DNA of 64,000 bases from an uncultured Spirochaetota bacterium (GTDB lineage Bacteria; Spirochaetota; Brevinematia; Brevinematales; JAOACQ01): positions 64,001 through 128,000 of the forward strand of contig CAWAOD010000004.1 in the NCBI GenBank assembly GCA_963783575.1. The letters are read 5' to 3'. A program made the position numbers and the translations under genes. Below the pieces are notes generated by a model. It was not told the DNA's origin and did not search any database. It saw only the letters and a list, made by a program, of their open reading frames with translations. Shown one piece after another: positions 9,510-19,767 of the stretch (its first letter is position 1; each line of letters begins with the position of its first letter).

Positions 9510-10808
9510 ATGAAAATGAATGTTCTTAAACTGCCCGCTGTTCTGCCGGATGGTAAACCCGGGGCAATTTATCCTGTTCTCCTGAGCGATAACGGCGAAT
9601 CGATTCTTGTGGATGCCGGGTTTCCCGGCCAGCTTAAACAGTTTAAGGATGCTTTCAAGGTGGCCGGAATCGGCTGGAATTCATTAAAAACTATAATTAT
9701 TACCCATCATGATATCGATCATATCGGCAGCCTGCCCGATATTATCCTGGATTCGCCTGCTAAAATCGAAGTGATTTCATCTGAACTGGAAAAACCTTAT
9801 ATCCGGAAGGATGTTGTTTCATATAAAGCGGAACTTCTTAAAAAACATCTTAAGACCATTCCCGAAGATCAAAAAGTATCGGTACGTTCCATGCTGGATA
9901 ATTTCACCAGGATGTCAGGGGGACCGGGCACAGATGTTGCCCGTGTGCTGAAAGATGGAGAAGAGCTTCCATTCTGCGGCGGCATCACTGTTATTTATAC
10001 ACCGGGGCATACTCCCGGGCACATAAGCCTGTATTTAAAAGGGTTCAAAACCCTTATTTCCGGCGACGCGTTGTCTACAGACGGTGAATCGCTCTTTATT
10101 ATGCCTTTTCCCGATTTTTTACAGGATAATGAAACTGCCCGGAAATCGATCCGGAAGCTGGCCAATTACGATATTAAAACTGTAGTCTGCTACCATGGAG
10201 GAATTTGCGGGAACCAGGTTAACAGGAAAATAGCGGTTATGTCCGGGAAAGAAATACCTGAGGATAATTCAATGGTAAGAGTTTTCCAAACCTTGGCGGA
10301 GTATAATCAATCGGCAAATATAGAGCTGTTGAACCGCCTTGAAAAACTGCCCGGGGAACAGTTGAAGCTGGATACCGGCGCTTATTATACCTCAATTTAT
10401 GAAGTCCTCAATCATATACTTATGAATAGCGACACGCTTTTCCTCAAGCTTTACAGCGATCTTTTTCCGGGCGATCCGGCGCTGTCAGGGAATATTCTCA
10501 CCGGTCTGGATGAGGAGAAATACAAGGAGCTTATGGAAAAGCTTGAACTGGATTACAAAAAGATTTTTGTTTACCGGAAGGAAACTGATGGTTTGATCCG
10601 CAGGTTTATGGACAAATTAACACCGGAATACCTCTCTTCCAGCGTTCCGCTTTACCAAAATGCCGAGGGAGAAACGGTAAGCGGAGAACTCTGGAAAACG
10701 TTGTTGAAGCTTTTCGATCACCAGACATACCACCGAGGCGAGATCGCTGTTTTCCTTGACCGGATGGGTATTGAAAACGATACTTATTCGGCAGGATGGG
10801 TTCACTGA
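9510..10808 (+). CDS. MBL-fold metallo-hydrolase fused to a DinB-family domain
   Basis: THHDIDHIG, PGHTPGH and SGD, then YN..AN, SIYEVLNHIL and HQTYHRGEI (DinB). Confidence 0.85.
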   Translation: MKMNVLKLPAVLPDGKPGAIYPVLLSDNGESILVDAGFPGQLKQFKDAFKVAGIGWNSLKTIIITHHDIDHIGSLPDIILDSPAKIEVISSELEKPYIRKDVVSYKAELLKKHLKTIPEDQKVSVRSMLDNFTRMSGGPGTDVARVLKDGEELPFCGGITVIYTPGHTPGHISLYLKGFKTLISGDALSTDGESLFIMPFPDFLQDNETARKSIRKLANYDIKTVVCYHGGICGNQVNRKIAVMSGKEIPEDNSMVRVFQTLAEYNQSANIELLNRLEKLPGEQLKLDTGAYYTSIYEVLNHILMNSDTLFLKLYSDLFPGDPALSGNILTGLDEEKYKELMEKLELDYKKIFVYRKETDGLIRRFMDKLTPEYLSSSVPLYQNAEGETVSGELWKTLLKLFDHQTYHRGEIAVFLDRMGIENDTYSAGWVH

Positions 10809-10946
10809 AAAAAGAGTTAAAATTTGAAAACTATAACCAACCGTTTCTAATTGCATTTATAACTCATTGTTATAAAGTAGGATATGACACCAATAAAATA
10901 CTGTTTATTAAACATTTTAAGATTTATGCTGATTTTCAGTGAACCC
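10798..10946 (+). mobile_element. 149-bp MITE, copy 1
   Basis: TIR GGGTTCACTGAAAA...TTTTCAGTGAACCC; near-identical to 27956-28104 and 58108-58256; no transposase. Confidence 0.88.
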
Positions 10947-11121
10947 GGGATGGGAAAATTGATCCGGTCAAGGCTTCTCATTTCAGCTTATATTGTAGCT
11001 TGTTTATTTACCTGTCTATAACTCTATAACGCTAGTAAAGAATTACATACAGACAAATACATGAAATTATTAGTAAACTTAAAATTAGAAATTCCAAACA
11101 AAGAAAATTTTTCAATTACTA

Positions 11122-11175
11122 TTGACTTTAAAAATAATTTATGATAAAATACATGTAGATGAGTGTAAACATATG
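11122..11175 (+). promoter_or_regulatory. Sigma70-like promoter and candidate ArsR operator
   Basis: TTGACT-17-TAAAAT followed by ATGTAGATGAGTGTAAACAT; a similar motif ATGTAGATATGTTTAATCAT recurs at ~11482-11501. Confidence 0.55.
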
Positions 11176-11466
11176 AATGATAAATTGCAGTTAGATATCG
11201 TAACAGAAATTTTATCAGCGCTGGCTGATCCTACACGACAGGAAATAATAAAAATATTTTATACCAAAAAAGAATTATGTGCAAATGATATTGCCGCAAA
11301 TTTCAAATTAACCCGGCCTACTATCTCTCATCATTTAAACTTGATGAGGCGTTTGAAAATTTTGAATTCCCGCAAGGAAAGGAAAGAAATCTATTATTCC
11401 TTCAACAAGGAATATGTTGTCGGTATACTCGAAGGGCTTTTAAGCCTTCTAAAAGGATGCTGTTGA
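11173..11466 (+). CDS. ArsR/SmtB family regulator
   Basis: ALADPTRQEI, ELCANDIA, TISHHL and C-terminal CC. Start moved to the ATG at 11173 because the ORF-track TTG is the -35 box. Confidence 0.9.
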   Translation: MNDKLQLDIVTEILSALADPTRQEIIKIFYTKKELCANDIAANFKLTRPTISHHLNLMRRLKILNSRKERKEIYYSFNKEYVVGILEGLLSLLKGCC

Positions 11467-11526
11467 ATTTTTTTGTAAATTATGTAGATATGTTTAATCA
11501 TATTGAATTATATTTGGAGGATTTTT

Positions 11527-12201
11527 ATGGCCCAGATTATTGAAAAAAGTCAGTTTTCCGGCAGAATTGCGGAATTGTATAACCGGTTGGCGTTTCTATA
11601 CGATCCCTTTACAGATCACGAGATCATTCATCACCGCGAAGCGGTCGGGAAGGCAGCAATCGGCAGATATGAACGGGTGCTGGAAGTTGCCTGCGGAACC
11701 GGCAGAGGATTTCTGGAGATTGCAAAATTCACAAATGAAAAAATCATTGCTATGGATTTATCGGTAAATATGCTGAAAAAAGCAGAAATGAAAATTAAAA
11801 AATACCACCTTAACGGGAAAGTTGATTTACTGGTTGGAAACGCCAAACATCTTCCTTTCAATGATAATTCTTTTGACGTACTCTATAATTCATACATGTT
11901 CGATTTGATCGATCAAAACGAAATGGCGGGGATCGTTAGCGAATTCAGGAGGGTTCTAAAACCCGGCGGAAAGTTAGTTTTGGTTAATCTGAGCAAAAAT
12001 ACGGAAAGAAAAATCATCTATGAAGAATTCTACGAAAGGGGACTGCTTAATTTTATTTCTGGAAGCTGCCGCCCGGTTTTAATGGGACCTTTCCTGCGGG
12101 ATGCTGGTTTCCGGAATATTGAAAGATATTACAGGAAAAACCGGAGTTGGTTTTTTGTAAATTGGATGTTCGGTACGGAAATTGTAACCGGGATAAAATA
12201 A
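11527..12201 (+). CDS. Class I SAM-dependent methyltransferase
   Basis: VLEVACGTG, LPFNDNSFD and RVLKPGG; GGAGG RBS before the ATG at 11527. Confidence 0.9.
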   Translation: MAQIIEKSQFSGRIAELYNRLAFLYDPFTDHEIIHHREAVGKAAIGRYERVLEVACGTGRGFLEIAKFTNEKIIAMDLSVNMLKKAEMKIKKYHLNGKVDLLVGNAKHLPFNDNSFDVLYNSYMFDLIDQNEMAGIVSEFRRVLKPGGKLVLVNLSKNTERKIIYEEFYERGLLNFISGSCRPVLMGPFLRDAGFRNIERYYRKNRSWFFVNWMFGTEIVTGIK

Positions 12202-12229
12202 CTGGCACCAGCCAATACTGGCATTCAAA

Positions 12230-13474
12230 TTAGAAATTAATCTGTGTCCATAAATTGATGGCCGAATTATATACAAAATTGCCGAATTCGGTATTTCTGC
12301 CGCCGTAAAAGATGTCCGCGTTCAGATCAAACGACATATTCATAGTATCGATAAAATAACTGATATCCGGAACGTAGATGCCGCTGTAATCTGTGAGGTT
12401 CATTATAACGGAATTATTTACGGTTACATTAGGGATAATAAAATTCCCAAGTGATAAGCTGGAAAATAAATAATTCCGGGAATTTTTATACATCTGGTAG
12501 TACTGAAGGGAATAATAATGCTGTGATATATTATTTTGGACCGAGTTCATATAATCATAATAATTTATAAAATTATCCCTGCTCCAGACATCGCTTTGAT
12601 ATAAATATTCGATTGCCAGGGATATGCTGTCTAGAAATTTAAAATCCGGCAGGGACTGTGAAAAACTGCCACCCAGTAGTACGGCGTAATTTTCATTGGT
12701 TGAGCGGACATTTGTGAAACCGTTACCGTTCTTATCAAACCGGTAATTTACATGATCCTGCTGATACATAAATTCAGTATAAAATTTCAGGTTATTGTTT
12801 TCGCTTAAACTGTTGACATAATCAAAATTTAAGCCGTATTGCGGCTGTTTTGAGTTTTCAAGAACTGCGAATGCGAAACCGGAAAAATTTTCCGCATCAA
12901 AGGATAATTTCGGTATTACCGGGAGGTTTGAAATATTGGTGGTTTCGCCGGGTTTGATCATACTGAAGAGTTCCACCGACATAAAGCTTTGAATGGGAAA
13001 CAAGATGCTTATAAAGGGGTTGCCTTCAGCCTCATCCGGCGGTTTCAAAGGATCGCTCTGCAGATTGACTATGTCAATCGGGTTGAAAAATACCCCGTCT
13101 CCCCATTTTACGAATTGCTTTCCGGTCCTCACAACCATAAAATCAAAAATCAGATCGATATACATTTCTTTAATAAAAATATTCTCAATTGCGTTAGTGC
13201 TGTTTGTAAAATTAGAAGATACCGGATAATACTGGGCCTCGATCTTGATTGCGCCTTTTGAATTTTCCCCTATTCCGCTCTTAAAAACCAGGTCTCCCCT
13301 CATATAATACAATAAATTGCCTATCGAATATAAATTTGATGGGTTTAATGAGGAATTATTGTTCAGATCATATGAGGAAAGTTCGTTAAAGACGCTTCCC
13401 TTAATTTCAACAGCAATGGACGAATTGGTTAATATACTCAATAGAATAATAAATAAAAAAAAATATTTATGCAT
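12230..13474 (-). CDS. Probable outer-membrane beta-barrel protein
   Basis: Signal peptide, GKQFVKWGDG..FNPID motif, terminal Phe; last gene of the ABC operon. Confidence 0.65.
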   Translation of the reverse strand: MHKYFFLFIILLSILTNSSIAVEIKGSVFNELSSYDLNNNSSLNPSNLYSIGNLLYYMRGDLVFKSGIGENSKGAIKIEAQYYPVSSNFTNSTNAIENIFIKEMYIDLIFDFMVVRTGKQFVKWGDGVFFNPIDIVNLQSDPLKPPDEAEGNPFISILFPIQSFMSVELFSMIKPGETTNISNLPVIPKLSFDAENFSGFAFAVLENSKQPQYGLNFDYVNSLSENNNLKFYTEFMYQQDHVNYRFDKNGNGFTNVRSTNENYAVLLGGSFSQSLPDFKFLDSISLAIEYLYQSDVWSRDNFINYYDYMNSVQNNISQHYYSLQYYQMYKNSRNYLFSSLSLGNFIIPNVTVNNSVIMNLTDYSGIYVPDISYFIDTMNMSFDLNADIFYGGRNTEFGNFVYNSAINLWTQINF

Positions 13475-13475
13475 A

Positions 13476-14189
13476 TTATTCCCCGCTTATAAATTTGATA
13501 TAATTCTCATTATAATATTTTTCGGGAATATCCTTTAATATTTTGATATTATCGATTACAACTATACTTATCCTGTCCTTAACAGGTTCATAAAATTTCA
13601 TTTCTATTTTTTTGTTTTCAAAATCGATTTTTGTAAATTCGCTTGTTTTGAGCAGAGTGCCCGAAACGGCATAATATTCCTTCTTTTTGGGGAGATAGGT
13701 TTTTTTATCGATTGTGAAAATAATTTTATCATAACCCTCGGTCCCTTTTTTAACCCTCAGATTGATTATGTAATCATCTCCCGATTCGTCAATGTTAACA
13801 ACATCATAATCCGCGGATAATTCAGTGGAAAATACATCGCCGTAATTCAGCAGGGTGTTCATAAATACCGCTTTGTAAGACATCTTCATCAATTTGTTAT
13901 TTGTAGTGAAATAGCTCCATATCACTTTACCCTTTCTTAAATGGGCCGAACCTGCGACCCGCTTCGGTTCAACAATTATAAGAACATTTTTAATCCAGCC
14001 TTTTTTGTAACCGGTCATCACATCCAGATTTACGCTCCCGTTTGCGTTGCTTGTCGTGATCGAAAGATTATAGGTACATACTTCAGGAATCAGGATACTG
14101 TCCGATTTATTCAGGAGTTCTTCCGGTGTTAAACCGAAAGCGATATTTGATACAAAAAACAAAAGAGGTATTATAACCAGCTTATACAT
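13476..14189 (-). CDS. Outer membrane lipoprotein-sorting (LolA-like) protein
   Basis: Signal peptide; EP...G...LR...W.Y and EYY..SG.LLK motifs; operon context. Confidence 0.7.
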   Translation of the reverse strand: MYKLVIIPLLFFVSNIAFGLTPEELLNKSDSILIPEVCTYNLSITTSNANGSVNLDVMTGYKKGWIKNVLIIVEPKRVAGSAHLRKGKVIWSYFTTNNKLMKMSYKAVFMNTLLNYGDVFSTELSADYDVVNIDESGDDYIINLRVKKGTEGYDKIIFTIDKKTYLPKKKEYYAVSGTLLKTSEFTKIDFENKKIEMKFYEPVKDRISIVVIDNIKILKDIPEKYYNENYIKFISGE

Positions 14190-14212
14190 AAAAATCTCCT
14201 TAACTCGTAAGT

Positions 14213-15355
14213 TTAATAACTGAAAGGCTTCTGCTTCATAATGGTTTTAATCGGTTTGTAGGAAGCAATGTAAATAGTCAGCAAAATAAAAACGATTATT
14301 ATCATCACATCCAGCAGGGATATTTCGGAACGCAGAGGCATATACATTAAATCCCCCAGGTCTAAATAAATATTGCCGGTTTTTGACAAAAAATCCGTTA
14401 AAAATCCCAATCCTATCCCAATCAAAGTTCCAAATATAGAGGCAATAATATATTCCAGAACAATCAAATTATGAATTCTTAAATCCCGCATTCCGAGCGC
14501 AACATAGGTCCAGATTTCCTTCCTTCTCTTAAAAGCATACATATAAACAATCACCGCTATAACAATTCCTATTAATGGCATCAGCAGTACGATTAGAAAT
14601 GTTTTCACTATCGTAAAAACATCTATCATAGTTTGATACGGACCGGTAAGCCAGTATATATCGGTAGTATAATTGACCTGAACATAACATCTTGAATACA
14701 AATAATAGTACAAATCATGCCCTAGCTTCGAAGCATCATGTTTTGAAGCCATATTTTTGTCAATAAATCCAATTACACGGTTAACGGATTTTGAATTAAG
14801 TAGCTGATCCATGCCTTCCTGTGTAATAAGGTTTCCTCCGGATTTATTAATACCGACCACTGTATATTTAATTGCGTTTATCACTCTTTCCGGAGTTGTT
14901 GTTGTTAAGTAAAGAGTATCGCCAACTTTTAAAGTTTTCTTAAAATCATAATCGCTAAGCATAATCTCATCAGGCTTTACAGGCAAGCGTCCCGAGGCCG
15001 GTCGGTAATAATCCATCCTCCAATCCTTTATATTGGATGTAAATTCATTCAGCCAGATCATTCCGCTTTGCTTTGGAGAATCAACCATCACATAAATATT
15101 CCTGGTAAAGTAGATATTTTTAGCTTTAATATTACTCACATAAGAAGCTATTTTATCAGTATCCGTAAACGCAATGCTAGCATATGCATCCCCGCTCCAG
15201 GAACGTGTGCTTTTATAAATATAAGAACCGAAATAATTGCTGAAACCGAAGATCCAGTAAATTATAAAAGCAACCGATGTGAATATAATCAGTAAAACTA
15301 AAGAAAGCCACCTGTGTTTAAGAAGATTTTGAAACACAATTTTTAATAGAATCAT
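14213..15355 (-). CDS. FtsX/LolCE-like ABC permease
   Basis: N-terminal TM, periplasmic loop, KRRKEI..YVALG, then three TM segments. Confidence 0.8.
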   Translation of the reverse strand: MILLKIVFQNLLKHRWLSLVLLIIFTSVAFIIYWIFGFSNYFGSYIYKSTRSWSGDAYASIAFTDTDKIASYVSNIKAKNIYFTRNIYVMVDSPKQSGMIWLNEFTSNIKDWRMDYYRPASGRLPVKPDEIMLSDYDFKKTLKVGDTLYLTTTTPERVINAIKYTVVGINKSGGNLITQEGMDQLLNSKSVNRVIGFIDKNMASKHDASKLGHDLYYYLYSRCYVQVNYTTDIYWLTGPYQTMIDVFTIVKTFLIVLLMPLIGIVIAVIVYMYAFKRRKEIWTYVALGMRDLRIHNLIVLEYIIASIFGTLIGIGLGFLTDFLSKTGNIYLDLGDLMYMPLRSEISLLDVMIIIVFILLTIYIASYKPIKTIMKQKPFSY

Positions 15356-16614
15356 ATATTCCCCTCATTAAATACCTCGACGGGGTTGATTTTATATGTA
15401 AGATAAACTGGATACCAGGCCGATAAAAACATAATAATAAGTATGATTATATAGGAATAGATTGAAGCTGAAAGCGATGCGTTAAAATAAAAATTCCCCC
15501 CGGCAAAACCTGGCCTTAATACTCCCGGGTTCAATCCGGAACTGAAAATAAGTGATAAAACCCAATAAATTATTATTGATAAAATATAGCAAACGCTGGA
15601 AAAAAGAAACATTTCGCAAAGTAACAGCAGATTTATCCATAATGGTTTGGCCCCGATGGAATACATAGTACCGATTTCTTTCTGCCTCTCGAAAAATGAC
15701 ATCATATTAAGATTAAATGTTGAAACAAACAGAATTATTATAACCACAATGCAGATAAAAACCCCTATAATACCGATAAAACTCGCAAACCCTTCGATTA
15801 AGCTGAAAGAATTTTCCGCGTTAAAAAAAGTTAAATGATATTTATCAGACATCTTTTGAAGATTAATTTTATTTTGCCGGTCATTATCCCATACGCAAAC
15901 CTCAATGCTTTCACCTTCGTTTAAACCTAATTTCCCGGAAAGATATGAGTAGGGAACTAAAAAAATGGGGAATACGGGGTCCCACCCTCTTTTTCCTTCC
16001 GTCTCCGAGTCTTTCACTGTTTCAAGGAGTCCGGTAATGATAAAAGTATATGGATATGAATTATTATCAACATCTTTAATAAACAATGATACTTCCCAGC
16101 CAACCCTGAGGTTTAGTTTGTCCGCCGAGTCTTTCCAGACAAGGATCCCATTTTCAACCGCCGGATCGTATTTCCCTGAAGAAATTACTAAATTTGTTAT
16201 ATTTTTCAATTCTTTAGCTATGTCGCAGCCAATTACCGTCTGCGGCTTAAAGGTGGAAAACTGCTGATTATCAAAATCATAAATTATTCCGCCCAGGCGG
16301 ATCCTTTTTGAGTAATTCATGCGATGAGAATCAAGATAATTATAAATTTCCGGGGGAATAAGCTTACTGGGATAATTTATCCCGGTAAGCGTGTAATCTT
16401 TTGAACGCTGATCATGAGTTGTAATATTATAAACGCCCGTAAAAGTCCTTGAAATATAAGACCTCCATGATTGTACCGAGAGGCTCCTAAAATTATCGCT
16501 GAACAGGATCAAATCAATCGTTAGAATAAGAATGATACCAATTAAGATATTCTTTGTTTTATGACGCAGGATGTTTCTAAAGGCCAATTTAAAGACATAG
16601 TAAACGGATCTCAT
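15352..16614 (-). CDS. FtsX/LolCE-like ABC permease
   Basis: LAFRNILRH, ERQKEIGTMYSIG and KINPVE motifs. Confidence 0.85.
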   Translation of the reverse strand: MRSVYYVFKLAFRNILRHKTKNILIGIILILTIDLILFSDNFRSLSVQSWRSYISRTFTGVYNITTHDQRSKDYTLTGINYPSKLIPPEIYNYLDSHRMNYSKRIRLGGIIYDFDNQQFSTFKPQTVIGCDIAKELKNITNLVISSGKYDPAVENGILVWKDSADKLNLRVGWEVSLFIKDVDNNSYPYTFIITGLLETVKDSETEGKRGWDPVFPIFLVPYSYLSGKLGLNEGESIEVCVWDNDRQNKINLQKMSDKYHLTFFNAENSFSLIEGFASFIGIIGVFICIVVIIILFVSTFNLNMMSFFERQKEIGTMYSIGAKPLWINLLLLCEMFLFSSVCYILSIIIYWVLSLIFSSGLNPGVLRPGFAGGNFYFNASLSASIYSYIIILIIMFLSAWYPVYLTYKINPVEVFNEGNI

Positions 16615-16684
16615 TTTTATACTCCAATGTTATATAACGTTATGAGCAAACTCACTCCTTGATAAGGAGGGGGATTAATTTTCT

Positions 16685-17357
16685 TTAACTTACAATCGCA
16701 CCGTCCTTAAGCCTGTAAAGATTTGTGGCGTATTGAGTTATCGAGGGATCATGAGTCGAAAAAATAAATGTAACATTTTCTTCATGATTTAGTTTTTTCA
16801 TTGTTTCCAAAATAGATGTTGCCGTTCCGGAATCGAGATTTGCTGTTGGCTCATCGGCTAGTATCACCTCAGGTTTTGTAACTAGGGGCTCTTGCAATCG
16901 CAACCCTTTGTCTCTGTCCCCCTGAAAGCTCATCTGGCCTTTGCCGGATATGTTTTTCAAGCCCCACTTCCTCAATAGCTTTCATAATACGGTTTTTCTT
17001 TTCGGCGTTGCTCAAATTCTGTCCTTTGATATAAAGAGGAAACTCGATATTTTCATAGATGTTAAGGACAGGAATAAGGTTAAACGACTGGAAAATGAAG
17101 CCGATTCTATTGATCCTTAAGTCAGCAAGCTTATTCCTGTTTAAAGAAACCACGTTATCATCGTCAAAATAAACCTCTCCATAGTCCGGTTTATCCAGGC
17201 AGCCTATTATATTAAGCAATGTGCTTTTTCCGCTGCCCGATGGTCCCATAACGCAGACAAATTCTCCTTTTTCGACATTTAAAGAAACATCTTTCAACGC
17301 ATTTATCTCCACTTTTCCCAATTGGTACTTTTTGCTTATATTTTTAACCTTGATCAT
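16685..17357 (-). CDS. ABC transporter ATP-binding protein (LolD-like), frameshift near 16887
   Basis: GPSGSGKS and [14 protein letters not shown] in one frame; LVTKPEVILADEPTANLD in the next, across a C-run. Confidence 0.9.
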
Positions 17358-17597
17358 TAATACCCTCCAATATTCTTTCTTTTATCTTAAAATCGCATTT
17401 AGTCTTATCTCCCCTCCTTTGGAGGGGAAGGGGGCAGGTTATTTAAAATTATTGCTCAAAAAACCAAACTTCATTGGTCTATAATAACTTAATGAAACTA
17501 TTTGTCAATAGTCATTTTGGACTATGATAAAGTATTTTTATATAGGAAATATGTCTTATAACCCTGTAACTTCTTGCTTTAATATGAATTAACGTCA

Positions 17598-18590
17598 TTA
17601 TATCAGCTGTTCCAATGAATTATATTCAACCGTATTTGATATAAAGATATTCCCGATTATTAAATCAAAATCGCCGCAATCTCTGTTAAACTGGAAATAT
17701 GTACTGAGAATCGGGTAATCTATCCGGTTGTTCAGCAAAATATTATTTGGCTGATAATCCTTCCTTTGTACAAATTTGTATATTGGTATTACTATATCTT
17801 TCCATCCTTTCCAGTTGTCGGTTATATTATAAATAAATTCTTCATAGTCTACATCCCCTATAATAAAAAAGAAATTTTTGTTTGATTGCTTACCGAGAAT
17901 TCGCAATATCAAATTTGAATTGCTGTTCCAGTACCCGTATTTTGAAAGGAAAATAAATGATACTCCTGTATAATCTTCAGTTTTTGAATGGATTAACAGT
18001 ACCCGTTTTTTTCCGTCACTGGAATCCCTGACAAAATTTGTTTCAATGCTGCTTTTTGGCCCTGAAAAAGTAAAAAACCTTTCATTATTATTAAAATCCT
18101 TTAAAACCCAAGCCTTTTCCAAGTCATCGTTAACCGAAATCATTTCTTCGGGCGAAGACTTCTCCCATATTTGATGCCTGCCGAAAATATTGAAATACAT
18201 GAATATTTCCACTTGAATGGTTTGATTGCTTTGGCTGGAATGAGTAATTTCCTTAAGTTCACAATAATATTGCCTGCCTGTCGAAGGATCAGTGTAAAAT
18301 CCGTTTTTAAACGTACCAGCAGAATTTTGTTTTAGATTGTAAATCCAGGCTTTGCCTATTACATTTTTATCCTTAAATTTACCTCTACAATTTTTTGATT
18401 TTAAATCTTCCGGATAACCGGGCAGGCTTAAAACGGACGCTGATAAAATATTATTAATAATGGATATTTTCCAGAAGGCTTTTATATTTCCTTTACCGTC
18501 GATGCTTTTCCAGATTCCTGATGGGTCAAAAGCATAGAGATTCACAGAAATGTTGAAAATGATAATAACGATCATAAAAAATATTTTCAA
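17598..18590 (-). CDS. Secreted protein, DUF2147-like N-terminus plus carbohydrate-binding-like C-terminus
   Basis: Signal peptide; G.WKSID and DP..G..Y motifs; C-terminal DNWKGWK.IVIP...F resembles CBM11-like domains. Confidence 0.55.
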   Translation of the reverse strand: MKIFFMIVIIIFNISVNLYAFDPSGIWKSIDGKGNIKAFWKISIINNILSASVLSLPGYPEDLKSKNCRGKFKDKNVIGKAWIYNLKQNSAGTFKNGFYTDPSTGRQYYCELKEITHSSQSNQTIQVEIFMYFNIFGRHQIWEKSSPEEMISVNDDLEKAWVLKDFNNNERFFTFSGPKSSIETNFVRDSSDGKKRVLLIHSKTEDYTGVSFIFLSKYGYWNSNSNLILRILGKQSNKNFFFIIGDVDYEEFIYNITDNWKGWKDIVIPIYKFVQRKDYQPNNILLNNRIDYPILSTYFQFNRDCGDFDLIIGNIFISNTVEYNSLEQLI

Positions 18591-18823
18591 GTCAACACCT
18601 CAAAATAATTATTTAATGGGTAAAATTAACAAAATCCGATTATAATATATCAGGGATGATTTATTTTTTCAATTGATAAATATAATTGAGACCCATACAA
18701 ATACAATCAGGGATAACCCTGATTTTTTCTGATTTTCTAAAAGGTACCGTTATAAATTAATCCGGGGCAATATGCACCAATCTGTGCCTGGGTTGAGACT
18801 TATGAACTGATTGGGAACACTTG

Positions 18824-19504
18824 CTAATCAATAATCTTCATTGAATGTAAAATATCCTGTGTTTCCAGCATCATATCGATAGCCATATTATTGGATATTA
18901 TAACATTTTCAGTATTTTCAACAGCCGATGGGATTTTATCAAATATAAAATTGAATATTTTAACCACATCGGGGCAAAACTGATCGCCTGAATGATTATT
19001 TATCTCCTGGAAAGCATATTCATATGAAAGTTTCTTGCGGTAGCTTCTGTTTGAAGTAATCGCGTCAAAACTGTCCGCAACGGCAATTATACAGGATTGA
19101 AACGGAATATTATTACCGGAAAGATTTGATGGATATCCCAATCCGTCGTAACGTTCATGATGGTGCAGAACTATATCTGCAATTTCATTGAATATATGAA
19201 GACGGTTTAGAATTGTGAATCCGATTGCCGAATGTTTCTGCAGTATTAATAATTCTTTTTTATCCAGCCTGCCGGGTTTATTCAATATTAAATCCGGTAT
19301 TCCGATTTTTCCGATATCATGCATATGGGCAGCGTAATGAATGGTTTCAATTTGATCTTTAGGCAAATTCATTTCTCCGGCTATTAATAAAGAAACAGCC
19401 GCAACCCTTTCGGAATGTGAAAAAGTATAAGGATCACGGAAATTAAGGATATTGTTGACAGTATCAATCAAATCATCCACTGAAAGATTTTTATCTTTTA
19501 TCAT
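18824..19504 (-). CDS. HD-GYP domain phosphodiesterase
   Basis: HSERVA, HDIGKIG, HHERYDGLGYP and ADSFDA motifs. Confidence 0.93.
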   Translation of the reverse strand: MIKDKNLSVDDLIDTVNNILNFRDPYTFSHSERVAAVSLLIAGEMNLPKDQIETIHYAAHMHDIGKIGIPDLILNKPGRLDKKELLILQKHSAIGFTILNRLHIFNEIADIVLHHHERYDGLGYPSNLSGNNIPFQSCIIAVADSFDAITSNRSYRKKLSYEYAFQEINNHSGDQFCPDVVKIFNFIFDKIPSAVENTENVIISNNMAIDMMLETQDILHSMKIID

Positions 19505-19713
19505 AATACAATTATTATACCATTTGATTTTTTTTATCTCAACAAGTTTAAATATTGATGAAGTTTTTGTCTTTCTTCAATATACACTTAAAAAAACTTA
19601 AGAGCAGCGGAAACTACCCTAATATCAGTCATGATTCAAATTTTAATATTGTCTATAATTATAAATTATAATAATATTCAATATAATATTCCATATATTT
19701 GTATATATTCTTA

Positions 19714-19742
19714 TTGACAGTCAGATTAATTTATATTATAAT
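19714..19742 (+). promoter_or_regulatory. Consensus sigma70 promoter
   Basis: TTGACA-17-TATAAT exact match, 25 nt before the ATG at 19768. Confidence 0.8.
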
Positions 19743-19767
19743 TTATCTTAATTTAATGAAGGAAATA

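Noticed and set aside
16650..17440. CTCCTT...AAGGAG and CCCCTCC-TTT-GGAGGGG hairpins flanking the ABC ATPase gene
   Set aside because: Short and not clearly homologous; cannot distinguish REP remnants from chance hairpins.
18700..18825. GC-richer stretch and AATCAGGG-ATAA-CCCTGATT hairpin after the HD-GYP gene, considered as a c-di-GMP or ZTP riboswitch
   Set aside because: The conserved cores of those riboswitches are not present; the hairpin is adequately explained as a terminator or operator.
19699..19767. N-terminal extension of the HTH-ABC ORF (similar extensions at 11122 and 33588)
   Set aside because: These extensions overlap consensus promoters; downstream ATG starts are more plausible.
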